In this document: positions 49,099 through 49,143 of the stretch, piece by piece | Numbering within the stretch: the stretch's first letter is position 1 | How the letters are laid out: the number at the start of each line of letters is the position of its first letter | Translations under genes and position numbers: made by a program | Source: Parcubacteria group bacterium GW2011_GWA1_47_8 | Lineage (GTDB): Bacteria > Patescibacteriota > Minisyncoccia > Phycocordibacterales > UBA1550 | Reading direction: 5' to 3' | Length of the DNA: 49,143 bases | NCBI GenBank assembly: GCA_000996605.1 | Contig: LCOP01000006.1 | Span: 1 to 49,143 of the forward strand | The notes under the pieces: generated by a model | Databases searched by the model: none | What the model was told of the DNA's origin: nothing | What the model saw: only the letters and a program-made list of their open reading frames with translations

Positions 49099-49143
49099 GC
49101 TTTGATTTTCGCCAAAACCCTTTCCGCCTGCGGCGGAAGCCGT

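Noticed and set aside
1-49143. CRISPR arrays, rRNA genes, transposases/IS elements, prophage structural modules
   Set aside because: No regularly spaced direct repeats were seen. No rRNA-like conserved stretches were seen. No DDE, HUH or serine-recombinase ORFs other than the XerC/D-like gene were seen. No capsid, terminase or portal-like ORFs were seen.
1-49143. Alternative genetic code (UGA recoding as in some candidate phyla)
   Set aside because: Long conserved genes (dnaA, pcrA, PBP, VirB4, comM) are uninterrupted under the standard code. Several well-defined genes end at TGA at the position expected from homologues, for example the 16255 gene, the Avd-like gene and the Pro-rich gene.

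Overview
The window reads as a chromosomal segment from a small-genome, Patescibacteria/CPR-like (Parcubacteria-type) bacterium; this lineage assignment is inference from gene content and gene style. It spans the replication-origin region: DUF721-like gene, dnaN, an AT-rich spacer with DnaA boxes, dnaA, then divergent rpmH-rnpA-yidD-yidC. Housekeeping genes recognised from motifs are yebC, ruvC, tyrS, a class A PBP, rsmA, pcrA, comM, rpsO, a xerC/D-like recombinase, xth, yraN, a CDF transporter and four tRNAs.

The largest accessory block (11.9-24.6 kb) is a tightly packed minus-strand operon for a minimal type IV secretion-like apparatus. It has a PrgI/VirB3-like protein, a VirB4 encoded as two genes and a VirB6/TrbL-like polytopic protein. 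It also carries five uncharacterised secreted or membrane proteins, and is interrupted by a lone Avd-type four-helix-bundle gene. No relaxase or coupling protein is visible in the window.

A second accessory block (39.2-44.0 kb) holds a ParD/RelE-type toxin-antitoxin pair with a third gene and a TrmB-like regulator. Next to these is a small-gene island with its own canonical promoter, strong Shine-Dalgarno sites, a 650-nt ORF-poor stretch ending in twin terminators, operator-like repeats and a pRiA4b-ORF3-family gene.

Other notable points:
- The CCA-adding enzyme gene is broken by an internal deletion plus frameshift, although 3 of 4 tRNA genes lack encoded CCA.
- There is a 5'-half duplication of tRNA-Pro.
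- An SD-led, LAGLIDADG-like/HTH gene overlaps tRNA-Gly.
- Six perfect DnaA boxes are present, four of them outside the origin, including a second box cluster next to an AT-rich tract.
- There are several very long perfect palindromes in intergenic regions.
- A conserved GACTTT-repeat leader lies exactly 6 nt upstream of two start codons.
- An MmeI-family restriction-modification gene at the window edge stops just after methyltransferase motif IV.

No CRISPR array, rRNA, transposase or prophage structural genes were seen.
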